Below are positions 37,429 through 47,079 of a stretch of 64,000 nt of DNA, piece by piece (position 1 is the first letter of the stretch; each line of letters opens with the position of its first letter). Location: contig CAXXYH010000003.1 of assembly GCA_963677925.2 (NCBI GenBank), forward strand, positions 1,056,001 to 1,120,000. Direction: 5' to 3'. The position numbers were made by a program, and so were the translations under genes. The notes beneath the pieces were generated by a model, which worked only from the letters and a program-made list of their open reading frames with translations, was not told the DNA's origin and made no database searches. Source of the DNA: Spirochaetia bacterium (GTDB lineage: Bacteria; Spirochaetota; Spirochaetia; UBA9216).

Positions 37429-38627
37429 CTCCTTCCTTTAATTAACTTGTATGCCTCATCAAGGGGTATGCCATCCTGAGGAATATACTTTCGCCAGTAA
37501 GCTACAGTATCCTTCAGATGCTGAAGTGCATCCTGAGGATATTGAACATTAGATATAAAGATCTCAAATGCAAGTAAAATTTCATCAGTCGGTTCCGGCA
37601 TTCCGGCCTCGCCGGTCTTTTCGCAGGCCTTCATCAGAGATTCAATCATCCTCTCACCTATAATTATGCCTTCTTTATTTGTTTCATCAGTAAAGGGCGC
37701 ATGTGATGATTTCACACCGTCAGTCTGCTGCATGTGAACTATAGGTGAATAGGCTCCAAGTTCTTCTATCCACAAGTAAGGATCACTTTCAGCCCCGTCA
37801 GCAAACATATAACTGTACTTATCAAGCAGCGAGAGCATATCCCTGATGAAATTATCATCGGTATTCCGGCCTGACTGTATATACTCCCTGATTCTGGTAT
37901 ACACAGGCTCCGGCCCCAGCCAATAGTCGAAAGCCATTCGGCCTTCCCTAGCTTTATCCAGAGCATACTTAATCATTTCCGGATCCGGCTTAGTGAATTT
38001 CCTCTGCCCTACCATATGCCCTACATCGAGAGCTATGTAAAAAGGCCTTCCTGACTTTTTATATACATCAGATATTAATTTTTTTGATTCAGCGATTCTC
38101 CACGGATGCTGATATGGCGCATACATCTGCTCACAGCACAATTTTACTCCTGAGTGAGCAGCAGCATATTCAGATAATTCCGCATACTCTTTAACAACAG
38201 TATCAACGGCAGCTTTATATTTATCACTGTCATTTAAATCTTCCTCCTGAAATGCATGGAAGGAAAATCCGATTGACGCTGAGTTCAGCTCTTCAGCATG
38301 ATCAATTAAAGGCTTAAACCACTCATCTTTAATTTTATTCCGAATTCTTGGATCAGGATGTGCCAAACCTGCTGTCCTGTAGGTTTGATAACCGGTGAAG
38401 AAGCTTTTAACCTGCATCCCGTACAAAGATTCATACTTCTTAACTTCTCTTACCCAATCTTTCCTATAATCCTCAGGACAAAAGAGGGGATCAATTTCAT
38501 TATCGGTACTCGCTTCTATCACAGAGGCTCCTAAATCTTTAATAACCCTCATCCACTGCTCAGGAGTAATCCATCGCTTAATGGCAAAACAGTTATCCAT
38601 TGACAGATAAAGTTTCGGATACTTCAT
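37425..38627 (-). CDS. TIM-barrel sugar-phosphate epimerase (EryC-like, xylose isomerase/AP-endonuclease-2 fold)
   Basis: HPD..R....WFK, CEQM, LDVGH, DPYLW, SPIVHMQQ, H.PFT..N..G and FE motifs resemble my recollection of Brucella EryC, with an insertion after DVGH. Confidence 0.7.
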   Translation of the reverse strand: MKYPKLYLSMDNCFAIKRWITPEQWMRVIKDLGASVIEASTDNEIDPLFCPEDYRKDWVREVKKYESLYGMQVKSFFTGYQTYRTAGLAHPDPRIRNKIKDEWFKPLIDHAEELNSASIGFSFHAFQEEDLNDSDKYKAAVDTVVKEYAELSEYAAAHSGVKLCCEQMYAPYQHPWRIAESKKLISDVYKKSGRPFYIALDVGHMVGQRKFTKPDPEMIKYALDKAREGRMAFDYWLGPEPVYTRIREYIQSGRNTDDNFIRDMLSLLDKYSYMFADGAESDPYLWIEELGAYSPIVHMQQTDGVKSSHAPFTDETNKEGIIIGERMIESLMKACEKTGEAGMPEPTDEILLAFEIFISNVQYPQDALQHLKDTVAYWRKYIPQDGIPLDEAYKLIKGRS

Positions 38628-38768
38628 AAATGACCTCAATTTATTATGTTTCTTTTGTATCATAACTTTATATATATTTACCACTTTCTGTCAATAGAAT
38701 GTTTTTTTTCTAAATTTTATTTCTATATTTTTTTCTTGACAATACATATTTCCCATTTTAATCTATTT

Positions 38769-38787
38769 ATGTTGCTAATATAACATT
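38769..38787 (+). promoter_or_regulatory. Putative DeoR operator, second copy
   Basis: ATGTTGCTAATATAACATT is 17/19 identical to the site at 33692-33674; a degenerate copy lies at 38646-38663. Confidence 0.7.
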
Positions 38788-38820
38788 TTACTTGATAAAC
38801 CTTACATAACGGAGACCACA

Positions 38821-39864
38821 ATGCTTGCATATGTATATGACGGAGAAAAAAACCTGCACTTGAAAGAAGTTGAAAAGCCTTCGGCAAAAAAGAAAAGTGC
38901 TGTAATAAAAGTTGATGCAACATCTATCTGCGGGACAGATTTAAGAGCATACAGATTCGGTTCTACAAAAATAAACTCAGGTTCAATCATGGGGCATGAA
39001 TCTGTAGGCACAATTATTGAAATAGGCAGTGAAGTTTCAAATTTTAAAGTTGGAGATCGGGTACAGATAGCGCCTGCAATCGGATGCGGTCAATGTCACT
39101 ACTGCAAAAAAGGTTTCACAAACCTCTGTGACAGCTTAAAAACCATAGGATTTAACTTTGACGGAACTTTTGCTGAATACATGGAAATTCCGGCAGAGGC
39201 TTTTGAACAGGATCATGTTACAAAGGTACCTGAGGGACTGCCTTCAGAGCAGGCGGTGCTGGCTGAACCTATAGCCTGTGTGGCTAATGCGCAGGAATAT
39301 CTCGATATCAAGGAAGGAGATATTGTACTTGTAATAGGCTCCGGATTTATAGGCTCCATGCATGCAGATCTTGCCTTCAGCAAGGGGGCGGCAAGAGTTT
39401 TCATGTCTGAACTCAATGATCACCGTATAAAGATGGCGAAAAAGTTCCTGCCCAGACTGGAAATGATCGATTCTTCTAAAGAAGACTTAAAAACAGCCGT
39501 TATGGACAAAACATCCGGAAGAGGTGTTGATGTAGTTATAGTGGCCTGCTCTGTTGGACCGGCACAAACCGATGCTATGAACGTTGTGGCCAAAAGGGGA
39601 AGAGTCAGTCTTTTCGGGGGGCTGCCGAAAGAAACAACGGGCTTCATTGACAGCAATATAATTCACTACAAGGAAGTCTCTGTATATGGAGCACATGCAT
39701 CAACTGTAAAACAAAACAGAGAAATGCTGAATCTTATTGCCAACGGTACATTGAATGTAAAACCTTTCATTGAGAAGACATTCCCCCTCAGAGAAATAGA
39801 AAATGCTTTCAAAGCACTTAATGATGAGAGTATAGTTAAGGCAGTTTTAAAACCAGGAGAGTGA
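38821..39864 (+). CDS. Zn-dependent polyol dehydrogenase (sorbitol/L-iditol dehydrogenase-like, MDR)
   Basis: ICGTD, GHE, CGQCHYC...C structural Zn motif, LAEP and GSGFIG. Confidence 0.92.
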   Translation: MLAYVYDGEKNLHLKEVEKPSAKKKSAVIKVDATSICGTDLRAYRFGSTKINSGSIMGHESVGTIIEIGSEVSNFKVGDRVQIAPAIGCGQCHYCKKGFTNLCDSLKTIGFNFDGTFAEYMEIPAEAFEQDHVTKVPEGLPSEQAVLAEPIACVANAQEYLDIKEGDIVLVIGSGFIGSMHADLAFSKGAARVFMSELNDHRIKMAKKFLPRLEMIDSSKEDLKTAVMDKTSGRGVDVVIVACSVGPAQTDAMNVVAKRGRVSLFGGLPKETTGFIDSNIIHYKEVSVYGAHASTVKQNREMLNLIANGTLNVKPFIEKTFPLREIENAFKALNDESIVKAVLKPGE

Positions 39865-39874
39865 ATTAACAGTT

Positions 39875-41374
39875 ATGGAGCATAAAGTCCTTGAGATGAG
39901 AGACATCTATAAAAGCTACTCATTTGTCAGTGTTTTAAGAGATGTTTCCTTCTCATTAAATGAAGGTGAAATTTTAGGTTTGGTCGGTGAAAATGGTGCG
40001 GGAAAGTCAACATTAATGAAGATACTCTCAGGCGGCACACAGCCTGATTCAGGAACCGTTATTATTGATGGAAATGAAGTTGAAATAGACAGTCCTATTA
40101 CTGCAAAACAGCATCGTATTGCTATGGTACAACAGGAATTGAGTCTGATATCCTCGCTTACCGTTACTGATAATATCGTACTTGGTACAGAATATAAGCG
40201 GCCATTTTTCAAATTTCTTGATTATGAGAAGAATAAAAAATATGCTCAGGCAGCTCTGGATACAGTGAAGCTTTCAGTACCGCTCAATGCCAGAATCAGC
40301 AGCCTTAAAGTTGCAAATCAGCAAATGATTGAGATAGCAAGAAATATCATCAGAGAACCCAGAGTTCTGATTCTTGATGAGCCTACAACAGCTCTGACAA
40401 TTATTGAAACTGAAGCCCTTCTAAACCAGCTTCTGGAACTTAAAGCCAAGGGAATATCGATAATTTTCATATCTCATAAACTTGAAGAAGTAATAAAGAT
40501 TTCCGACCGGATTATGATAATGCGTGATGGTGAGAAAGTCAGCGAACTGAAAAAAAATGAAGCAAGCAGAGATATTCTTATCAGACATATGGTTGGAGAT
40601 AAAGAGTTTTTTGTAAAATCTGCGAGTCGCTCAGATGAAGCCAGAAAGGATAACATTGTTTTTGAAGTTAAAGATTTCAATAAAGAAGGAGTTTTTAAAA
40701 ATATATCCTTCGCTCTTAATGAGGGAGAAATTCTGGGCTTTTTCGGATTAAAAGGCGCAGGAAGAAGCGAGACCTTTCACTCTATATTCGGAATTGACGC
40801 AAAGGATTCAGGAGAAGTTCTGATAGAAAAAGAAACCAGAAACTTTCGGAACCCTACTGATGCGATAAACGCCGGAATGGGTCTGGTAAGTGAAGATCGT
40901 AAATTTAACGGGATATTTCCGGATATGGATATAAAAAACAATATTCTGCTTTCTGATATGAAATCGGTATCAACAAAAGCCGGTTTTATCAGAACAATCC
41001 ATATGAGCAGAATAGCCAAAGAATTAATTAAAAGACTTGGAATAAAAACAACCAGCACTGAACAGCATATAAAACGGCTCAGCGGAGGAAATCAGCAGAA
41101 GGTCATGATTTCAAGATGGCTGCATACTAACAGCAAAATTCTAGTTCTGGACGAACCTACGAAAGGAGTAGATGTCGGAGCCAAACAGGATATATACAAA
41201 CAGATACGCAGCTTCTCGGAAGAAGGAAAAGGAGTCGTGGTCATTTCCTCGGAGCTGGAAGAAGTTATGCTGCTCAGTAATAGAATTGCTGTTATGAGGA
41301 GCGGGGAGATTCAGGCAATATTGAGCGGTTCGGATATAAATGCAAAAACCATAATGCATTATGCTGCCGGCTGA
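39875..41374 (+). CDS. Sugar ABC transporter ATP-binding protein (RbsA-like)
   Basis: GENGAGKST, LDEPTTAL, LSGGNQQKV and DEPTKGVDVGAK. Confidence 0.94.
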   Translation: MEHKVLEMRDIYKSYSFVSVLRDVSFSLNEGEILGLVGENGAGKSTLMKILSGGTQPDSGTVIIDGNEVEIDSPITAKQHRIAMVQQELSLISSLTVTDNIVLGTEYKRPFFKFLDYEKNKKYAQAALDTVKLSVPLNARISSLKVANQQMIEIARNIIREPRVLILDEPTTALTIIETEALLNQLLELKAKGISIIFISHKLEEVIKISDRIMIMRDGEKVSELKKNEASRDILIRHMVGDKEFFVKSASRSDEARKDNIVFEVKDFNKEGVFKNISFALNEGEILGFFGLKGAGRSETFHSIFGIDAKDSGEVLIEKETRNFRNPTDAINAGMGLVSEDRKFNGIFPDMDIKNNILLSDMKSVSTKAGFIRTIHMSRIAKELIKRLGIKTTSTEQHIKRLSGGNQQKVMISRWLHTNSKILVLDEPTKGVDVGAKQDIYKQIRSFSEEGKGVVVISSELEEVMLLSNRIAVMRSGEIQAILSGSDINAKTIMHYAAG

Positions 41375-41400
41375 TTGGTTTTAGAAAGGAGATACTGACT

Positions 41401-42372
41401 GTGGTTGAAAAAATAAATGAAAGATTATCCGGCAGAAGAATATCAACAATTTTAAAAGACAACGGAGTCTTAATTGTATTACTGGGAATTATTATTGTTC
41501 TATCATTTGCATCGCCCTACTTCCTGCAAATCGGAAATATTATGGATGTGGCTAAACAGGCGGCTATCAATGGAATTATCGCGCTGGGTATGACCTATGT
41601 CATAACTACCGGAGGTATTGATCTTTCAGTTGGTTCTACCTGGGCATTAAGCGGAGTTACTGCGGCGCTACTCATGAAAGCAGGAATTCCATGGCCTCTT
41701 GCTCTTATCGCCTGTATAATAGTCGGCTGTATATGCGGATATCTTTCCGGATTACTGATCACAAAGGGAAAACTTCAGCCCTTTATTGCAACCCTTGCAA
41801 CCATGAATGTATACCGCGGACTTGCACTGATAATCACAGGGGGCTACACAATTTACGGACTTCCGCAGTCTTTCAGAACTATAGGCGGAGGAACTGTTTT
41901 ACAGTTTATACCGATGGCAGTAATTATTTTCCTTTTTATCTATATAATCTCATGGCTTATTTTCAGCCATCAGGTTTTCGGAAGATACTTGACTGCTATA
42001 GGAAATAACAGGGAAGCCGCCCGCCTCACAGGTATAAATGTGAATAAAATGATTACTCTATCTTATATGTATTCCGGACTTCTTTGCGCAATAGGCGGCG
42101 GTATTGTGGCGACATCAAGACTTGGAGCCGCAGAACCAACTATTGGCAGCGGCGCTGAACTTAATGCAATTGCTGCAGTGGTAATAGGCGGTACTTCAAT
42201 GGCAGGCGGTGAAACAAAAATTCGTGGAACCTTATTTGGTGCAATTTTATTAAGTGCAATCAACAATGGGCTGACACTCCTTAATGTACCTACTTACTAC
42301 AAGATTGCTGTAATCGGTCTGATCATCATAATTGCAATGCTCGTTGATTCATTCAGCAGAGCTGAAAAATAA
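41401..42372 (+). CDS. Sugar ABC transporter permease (RbsC-like)
   Basis: TGGIDLSVGS, LQPFIATL and ELNAIAAVVIGGTSMAGG. Confidence 0.94.
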   Translation: MVEKINERLSGRRISTILKDNGVLIVLLGIIIVLSFASPYFLQIGNIMDVAKQAAINGIIALGMTYVITTGGIDLSVGSTWALSGVTAALLMKAGIPWPLALIACIIVGCICGYLSGLLITKGKLQPFIATLATMNVYRGLALIITGGYTIYGLPQSFRTIGGGTVLQFIPMAVIIFLFIYIISWLIFSHQVFGRYLTAIGNNREAARLTGINVNKMITLSYMYSGLLCAIGGGIVATSRLGAAEPTIGSGAELNAIAAVVIGGTSMAGGETKIRGTLFGAILLSAINNGLTLLNVPTYYKIAVIGLIIIIAMLVDSFSRAEK

Positions 42373-42426
42373 AATTGGTTGATTAAATTCCAGCTAAAAC
42401 TGGAAAATTATTTAAGGAGGAAGCAA

Positions 42427-43506
42427 ATGAGGAAAGTTGCTTTCATAGCAGTATTATTACTGTTGACTTGTCTGACTTTTACTTGGGCAGGAGGAAATCA
42501 GGAAACTAAATCAGTACCTGCAACAGGAAGTGTTGCATTCTTGGATGACTCAGAAGGTCTTGTTAATGGAGAATTCCTGGACGGCGTACCTAAACCCAGC
42601 AAGAATTATAAAATTGCAAACATCACACGAACACTCCTGAACGCTCACTGGATTAAAAACGGTGAAGGATTTGAAGCTGCAGGTGCACATTACGGAGTGA
42701 CCGCAGATGTATTCGCAGTTCAGTCTGAACAGGACGTAATGGATCAGGCAAACATTCTTGATACAGTAATTGAAAAAGGATACGACGCAATTGTCTGCTC
42801 TCCGATTACGGAACAGAATCTGCTTCCCGGCCTTTCTAAAGCCAGTGCAGCAGGTATAGTAATTGTTAATGTCGATACAGCAGCAATTACAAAAGCTGAT
42901 GCAAAGCTTAATAACATTGAAATTACAACATTTATTGGTTCTGATAACTATGATGCAGGTGTTATGGCAGCTGATTACATAAGTAAACAGCTCGGCAGCA
43001 AATCAGGCAAGGTTGCAATTATTGAAGGTAATCCTGCTGATACATGTGCTGTTGACAGAACAGGCGGTTTCGCCAACAGAGCAAAAGAACTCTCAAACCT
43101 TACACTTGTAGCTTCACAGACTGCAAAATGGGACAGACTCCAGGCTCTTGATGTCACAACAAGTATCCTCCGTGCTAATCCTGATATTCGGGGTATTTAT
43201 TGCAACAACGACACCATGGTTCTTGGTGCAATGCAGGCAGCTCAGGATCTAGGATATGAAATACTTACCAGCGATACTCTTAATAAAGCAGGACAGGATA
43301 AGACTCTGCTGCTCATAGGTAATGACGGAGTAGCCGAAGCTCTTGAGGCTGTTCAGAATGGTGCTCTTACCGGTACCATCGCTCAGAAACCCTACCTTAT
43401 GGGATATGCAGCAGTAGAAGCAGCAATCATGAAACTGGAAGGTAAAACACCTGAAAGTCTGATTGCAACACCAATCAAGCTAGTTGTTAAGAGCGACTAT
43501 AAATAA
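42427..43506 (+). CDS. Sugar ABC transporter substrate-binding protein (RbsB/AlsB-like)
   Basis: RTLLNAHW, IGSDNYDAG, AKWDR, CNNDTMVLGA and IAQKPYLMGY; signal ends WAGGNQE; AGGAGG RBS before ATG 42427. Confidence 0.9.
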   Translation: MRKVAFIAVLLLLTCLTFTWAGGNQETKSVPATGSVAFLDDSEGLVNGEFLDGVPKPSKNYKIANITRTLLNAHWIKNGEGFEAAGAHYGVTADVFAVQSEQDVMDQANILDTVIEKGYDAIVCSPITEQNLLPGLSKASAAGIVIVNVDTAAITKADAKLNNIEITTFIGSDNYDAGVMAADYISKQLGSKSGKVAIIEGNPADTCAVDRTGGFANRAKELSNLTLVASQTAKWDRLQALDVTTSILRANPDIRGIYCNNDTMVLGAMQAAQDLGYEILTSDTLNKAGQDKTLLLIGNDGVAEALEAVQNGALTGTIAQKPYLMGYAAVEAAIMKLEGKTPESLIATPIKLVVKSDYK

Positions 43507-43530
43507 GATTATTTACCAGAAGTAAAAGTA

Positions 43531-43562
43531 CAGAAGGGATGGCAGCAATGTCATCCCTTCTG
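43531..43562. terminator. Hairpin between convergent genes
   Basis: CAGAAGGGATGGCA-GCAA-TGTCATCCCTTCTG; weak U-tract. Confidence 0.65.
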
Positions 43563-43616
43563 ATTGCAACCTGTCATTGTGTTCGAATTTACCTGATATA
43601 ATATGTCGGAAAGTCA

Positions 43617-44216
43617 TCAGCTATGAATCGACAGTCCATAATCAATTTTTTTGATGCATGAAATCATTTTTAATTCCAGATTGTAAGACCCATTGTGCAT
43701 ACACCAGTCAAAAGCAAAACCTCGGGCAATTATCAGCAGATTATTTGCAACAATATTAGGGTTAAAATAAATTAATCCGTTTTCATTATTAGATGAAGAT
43801 ACAATTATAGCTTCAATTCTACGGATTAAATAATGTTCAATATTAAAAATCATTTTATTGTCATAATTCAATATCTGTCTTATATAATAGACTCCGCTGT
43901 CTTTAATAAACTTTGCATATCTTGAAAAAAACAAAACGATTTTTTCCTGAGCGGTAACAGCCCTTTCGATATTTGTGCAAAACGCCTCTTCTTCAAATAT
44001 TTCATATATCCTGTAAAGCAGTTCCTGAACCGCCTCATCCTTGGATTTATAATGATGATAAAACGCTCCCACAGAAATATTTATTTTCTGTACAATATCC
44101 TGAACAGTGAAATTATCTAAACCGTTTTCTTCAATAAGTTCTTTTACAGAATCAGAAATTGATCTTTTTGTTTTTTCCGCCTGTATTTTTCTTTTTGATA
44201 CAACTGCAACAGCCAC
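43617..44216 (-). CDS. TetR/AcrR-family regulator
   Basis: KRKIQAEKTKRSI...TVQDIVQKINISVGAFYHHYKSK. Confidence 0.9.
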   Translation of the reverse strand: MAVAVVSKRKIQAEKTKRSISDSVKELIEENGLDNFTVQDIVQKINISVGAFYHHYKSKDEAVQELLYRIYEIFEEEAFCTNIERAVTAQEKIVLFFSRYAKFIKDSGVYYIRQILNYDNKMIFNIEHYLIRRIEAIIVSSSNNENGLIYFNPNIVANNLLIIARGFAFDWCMHNGSYNLELKMISCIKKIDYGLSIHS

Positions 44217-44261
44217 ACTCTTACTCCATAATCAGGATTTTAATTTCATATCAGGAACCAG

Positions 44262-45254
44262 TTATCTGAAAAAACGTTTCCCGTATGATTGCAATTCATC
44301 TTCATATATCATTTTTACATCCGGAAATATAGGAACTATATTGGGAATACACGGAATAAAATTCCCCTGGGGTACATATAAATCGATGCATCTTCTGACT
44401 TCGTCTCTTATTACGGGTTCATCGAAATCAGGCCGATCGATAACGGGGGCATCAATACCGCCGATCAGAGCCATTCTTCCATTTATAATATTTTGAATTT
44501 CCTGAATATTGTTCTGTGGAATTATCCCCTGCCAGCCGTCAATTCCCATCTCAACCATATCTTCAACAATCGGTTCGCATATACTGTCTGAATGATGAAG
44601 GAAGATAACCCCGCGTGATTTAACATAACTGACGATCTCCTGATGGTGTGGTTTAATCAGACTCCTCCAAACTTCCGGAGGGAGAAACAGGTTGTCTTTA
44701 CTGCCCCAGTCATCATGATATAGAATTACATCCGGTTTAATATTGTCGATTACCTGTTTAAGATGCTCAATTTTCCACTTCTTTATTTCTCCGATTAAAT
44801 CAAACATATGCTCCTGCTCAAGCATATAATTTACAAGCGCATCCTCGAATCCCATCAGGTAATGGGTCCTTTCAAAAAGTCCGCTGGAGATCATGCTGCA
44901 GACAAGATATTCGGAACGATCTATTTTACCCGAGCTTTCTATTGCAGAACTCCAGTTGTGCCCGGAGAGAGGCGGAAGGAGCAAATCATCCTTCCACCTT
45001 TTAATATCTTTAATTGCTTTATTTTCACTGTTGACTATCGGAGTTCCACCGAGATGGCCTTCGGCCATCTTCCAGGTTACTCCAAATTGATCCGGATACT
45101 CTCCAACTCTCCTGTTTCCTTTACTTGTGACTGTAATAGGATCCTGTATAAATTTATTGTGAAACGTGTCGCCCTTAAAAGCTTCCCAGGGTTCTGCAAT
45201 CCATCCGGGGGCTTCATTTTTCAGCAGCCTAAGCCAATTTTCTTTTTTAGTCAT
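44262..45254 (-). CDS. URO-D/MtaA-CmuA-family protein (putative corrinoid-dependent methyltransferase MT1)
   Basis: DQFGVTW, GLFERTHYLMGFEDAL, HDDWGS, HHSDS and LIGGID. Confidence 0.82.
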   Translation of the reverse strand: MTKKENWLRLLKNEAPGWIAEPWEAFKGDTFHNKFIQDPITVTSKGNRRVGEYPDQFGVTWKMAEGHLGGTPIVNSENKAIKDIKRWKDDLLLPPLSGHNWSSAIESSGKIDRSEYLVCSMISSGLFERTHYLMGFEDALVNYMLEQEHMFDLIGEIKKWKIEHLKQVIDNIKPDVILYHDDWGSKDNLFLPPEVWRSLIKPHHQEIVSYVKSRGVIFLHHSDSICEPIVEDMVEMGIDGWQGIIPQNNIQEIQNIINGRMALIGGIDAPVIDRPDFDEPVIRDEVRRCIDLYVPQGNFIPCIPNIVPIFPDVKMIYEDELQSYGKRFFR

Positions 45255-45273
45255 CTTATACTCCGCTTTACTG

Positions 45274-46569
45274 CTAAATTAAAAGAAGTGTAATTGCAGG
45301 AAAGGCTACTAACAGTACAACTCTAACAACATCAGCAAAAACAAACGGTATTACACTTTTATAGATCTCACCGGTGGTAGCTTCCTTTTCAAAAAGTCCC
45401 TTCATCATGAAAAGGTTCATACCTACTGGAGGGGTCACAACTGCGAGCTCAGCCATTATGGCAACAATTACACCAAACCAAATTCCGCTGTATCCAAGAA
45501 CCTGTGTGAAGATTGGATAGAGGAAGGGAACAATAAGTACAATCGTAGAAGTTACAGGCATAACAAATCCAAGAAGGAAAAGTACGAGAAGAGACAATAT
45601 GACAACTACAATGTTCGGCAGGTTATTGGCTGTAATCAGATCAATCAGCCAGATATTCAATCCGCTTAATGCCATTAAACGGGAAAATATTACCGAACCG
45701 ATGATAATGCTGAATGCCATACAGCTTAATTTCACAGTATCGACAAGGCATTTCTTTATTACCAACCAGTCAAAGCCCTTCTTCGAAATCATGATTATAA
45801 GCGCACCGATAGCTCCTATTGCAGAAGCTTCTGTTGGAGAGAAAACTCCAAGATAAATCCCGCCGATAACAAGAACCATAAGAACCAGCATTCCCCATGT
45901 TCCTTTCAGGCTGGCAAGTTTCTGCATGAAGGTAGTCTTTTCCCCCCTGGGACCTTTCCATTTTCCTAATGAAATTAAAAGTATTATTACAAGACAGTAA
46001 AGAATTGCTTCAAGTGCTCCGGGAATAATACCGGCAATAAAAAGTTTGCCTATTGATTCATCTGTAATACTACCGTATACGATAAATGAAATACTTGGAG
46101 GAATCATGCTTCCCAGAGTTGCCGAGCAGCAGATTGTTCCAAGTGACAGCTCTTTACTATAACCATGTTCTTTCATTGGACCATAGGATACTGGTCCGAA
46201 AACCAGCATTCCGGAACTGCTTGAACCGGTACAGGCAGCAAACCCGGCACAACCCCAGATTGTAGCGAAAGCTAATCCACCCGGAAGTCTGCCCAGCCAT
46301 GCTGATGCAGTTTTATATAAATCAGAACCAATACCGGAATGATTTGCAAACATACCCATCAGTACAAATAATGGAACTGCCATCAGTTCATAACTTGTAC
46401 CCTGTGTCCATGCTGAGATTGACAGATAGCTTAATGCAGGATGAAATCCCAGCAAGGCTACAAGACCTGCAAATCCGGTCAGCATAAATGCAAATGCTAT
46501 AGGCATTCGGCTGAATATCAGAATAAATAAAACTATTAAAGCGATTAGACCAATTGTAAATGGTTCCAT
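45274..46569 (-). CDS. dctM: TRAP transporter large permease
   Basis: AVPLFVLMG, GGLA, LGSMIPPS, SIGKLFIAGIIPG, FSPTEAS and TPPVGMNLF. Confidence 0.95.
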   Translation of the reverse strand: MEPFTIGLIALIVLFILIFSRMPIAFAFMLTGFAGLVALLGFHPALSYLSISAWTQGTSYELMAVPLFVLMGMFANHSGIGSDLYKTASAWLGRLPGGLAFATIWGCAGFAACTGSSSSGMLVFGPVSYGPMKEHGYSKELSLGTICCSATLGSMIPPSISFIVYGSITDESIGKLFIAGIIPGALEAILYCLVIILLISLGKWKGPRGEKTTFMQKLASLKGTWGMLVLMVLVIGGIYLGVFSPTEASAIGAIGALIIMISKKGFDWLVIKKCLVDTVKLSCMAFSIIIGSVIFSRLMALSGLNIWLIDLITANNLPNIVVVILSLLVLFLLGFVMPVTSTIVLIVPFLYPIFTQVLGYSGIWFGVIVAIMAELAVVTPPVGMNLFMMKGLFEKEATTGEIYKSVIPFVFADVVRVVLLVAFPAITLLLI

Positions 46570-46571
46570 TG

Positions 46572-47057
46572 CTATTCACACTCCTTAAAGCTGCAGTTTT
46601 CGATTAAATCGATAAAAAATTGTAGAACCATGGCAACAGAACCAATCAGCATAAATGACTTTATAGGCCAAACCGGAAGTCCAAGCATATCAGTAGTTTC
46701 ATGTAAAGCCATGCTGTCTTTTATAAAAATTATTGACTGCCAGCCCATAAAGAAAAATAAAGCAAGTCCAAGAATCGGCATCAAGACATTCAATATTTTC
46801 TTTGTCAGCTCAGGCATTTTGTTATATACAACATCAATTTCAATGTGAAATTTTTCAGATTGGGTAAATCCCCACCCTAGAAATACAATCGTTGCCATAC
46901 ATAATTCTGAAAGCTCAAATGCACCTATAAGGGGTTTGCCCAGCACATATCTGCCGAAAACATCTATTCCTGTAATTGCCATTACGAAAATCAATGAAAA
47001 AGCAGCTATTGTACTTAAGACTTTTCTATTGAAAAAGTTAACAATTTTCTTGAACAT
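46572..47057 (-). CDS. dctQ: TRAP transporter small permease
   Basis: DVFGRY..GKP..GAFEL and HIEID motifs; 4 TM helices. Confidence 0.92.
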   Translation of the reverse strand: MFKKIVNFFNRKVLSTIAAFSLIFVMAITGIDVFGRYVLGKPLIGAFELSELCMATIVFLGWGFTQSEKFHIEIDVVYNKMPELTKKILNVLMPILGLALFFFMGWQSIIFIKDSMALHETTDMLGLPVWPIKSFMLIGSVAMVLQFFIDLIENCSFKECE

Positions 47058-47079
47058 GCTTATTATCTCCAGATAGTAT

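Noticed and set aside
34690-43506. Standard L-arabinose (araBAD) or ribose (rbs) operon
   Set aside because: No araA, araD, rbsK or rbsD; polyol dehydrogenases and an EryC-like gene are present instead.
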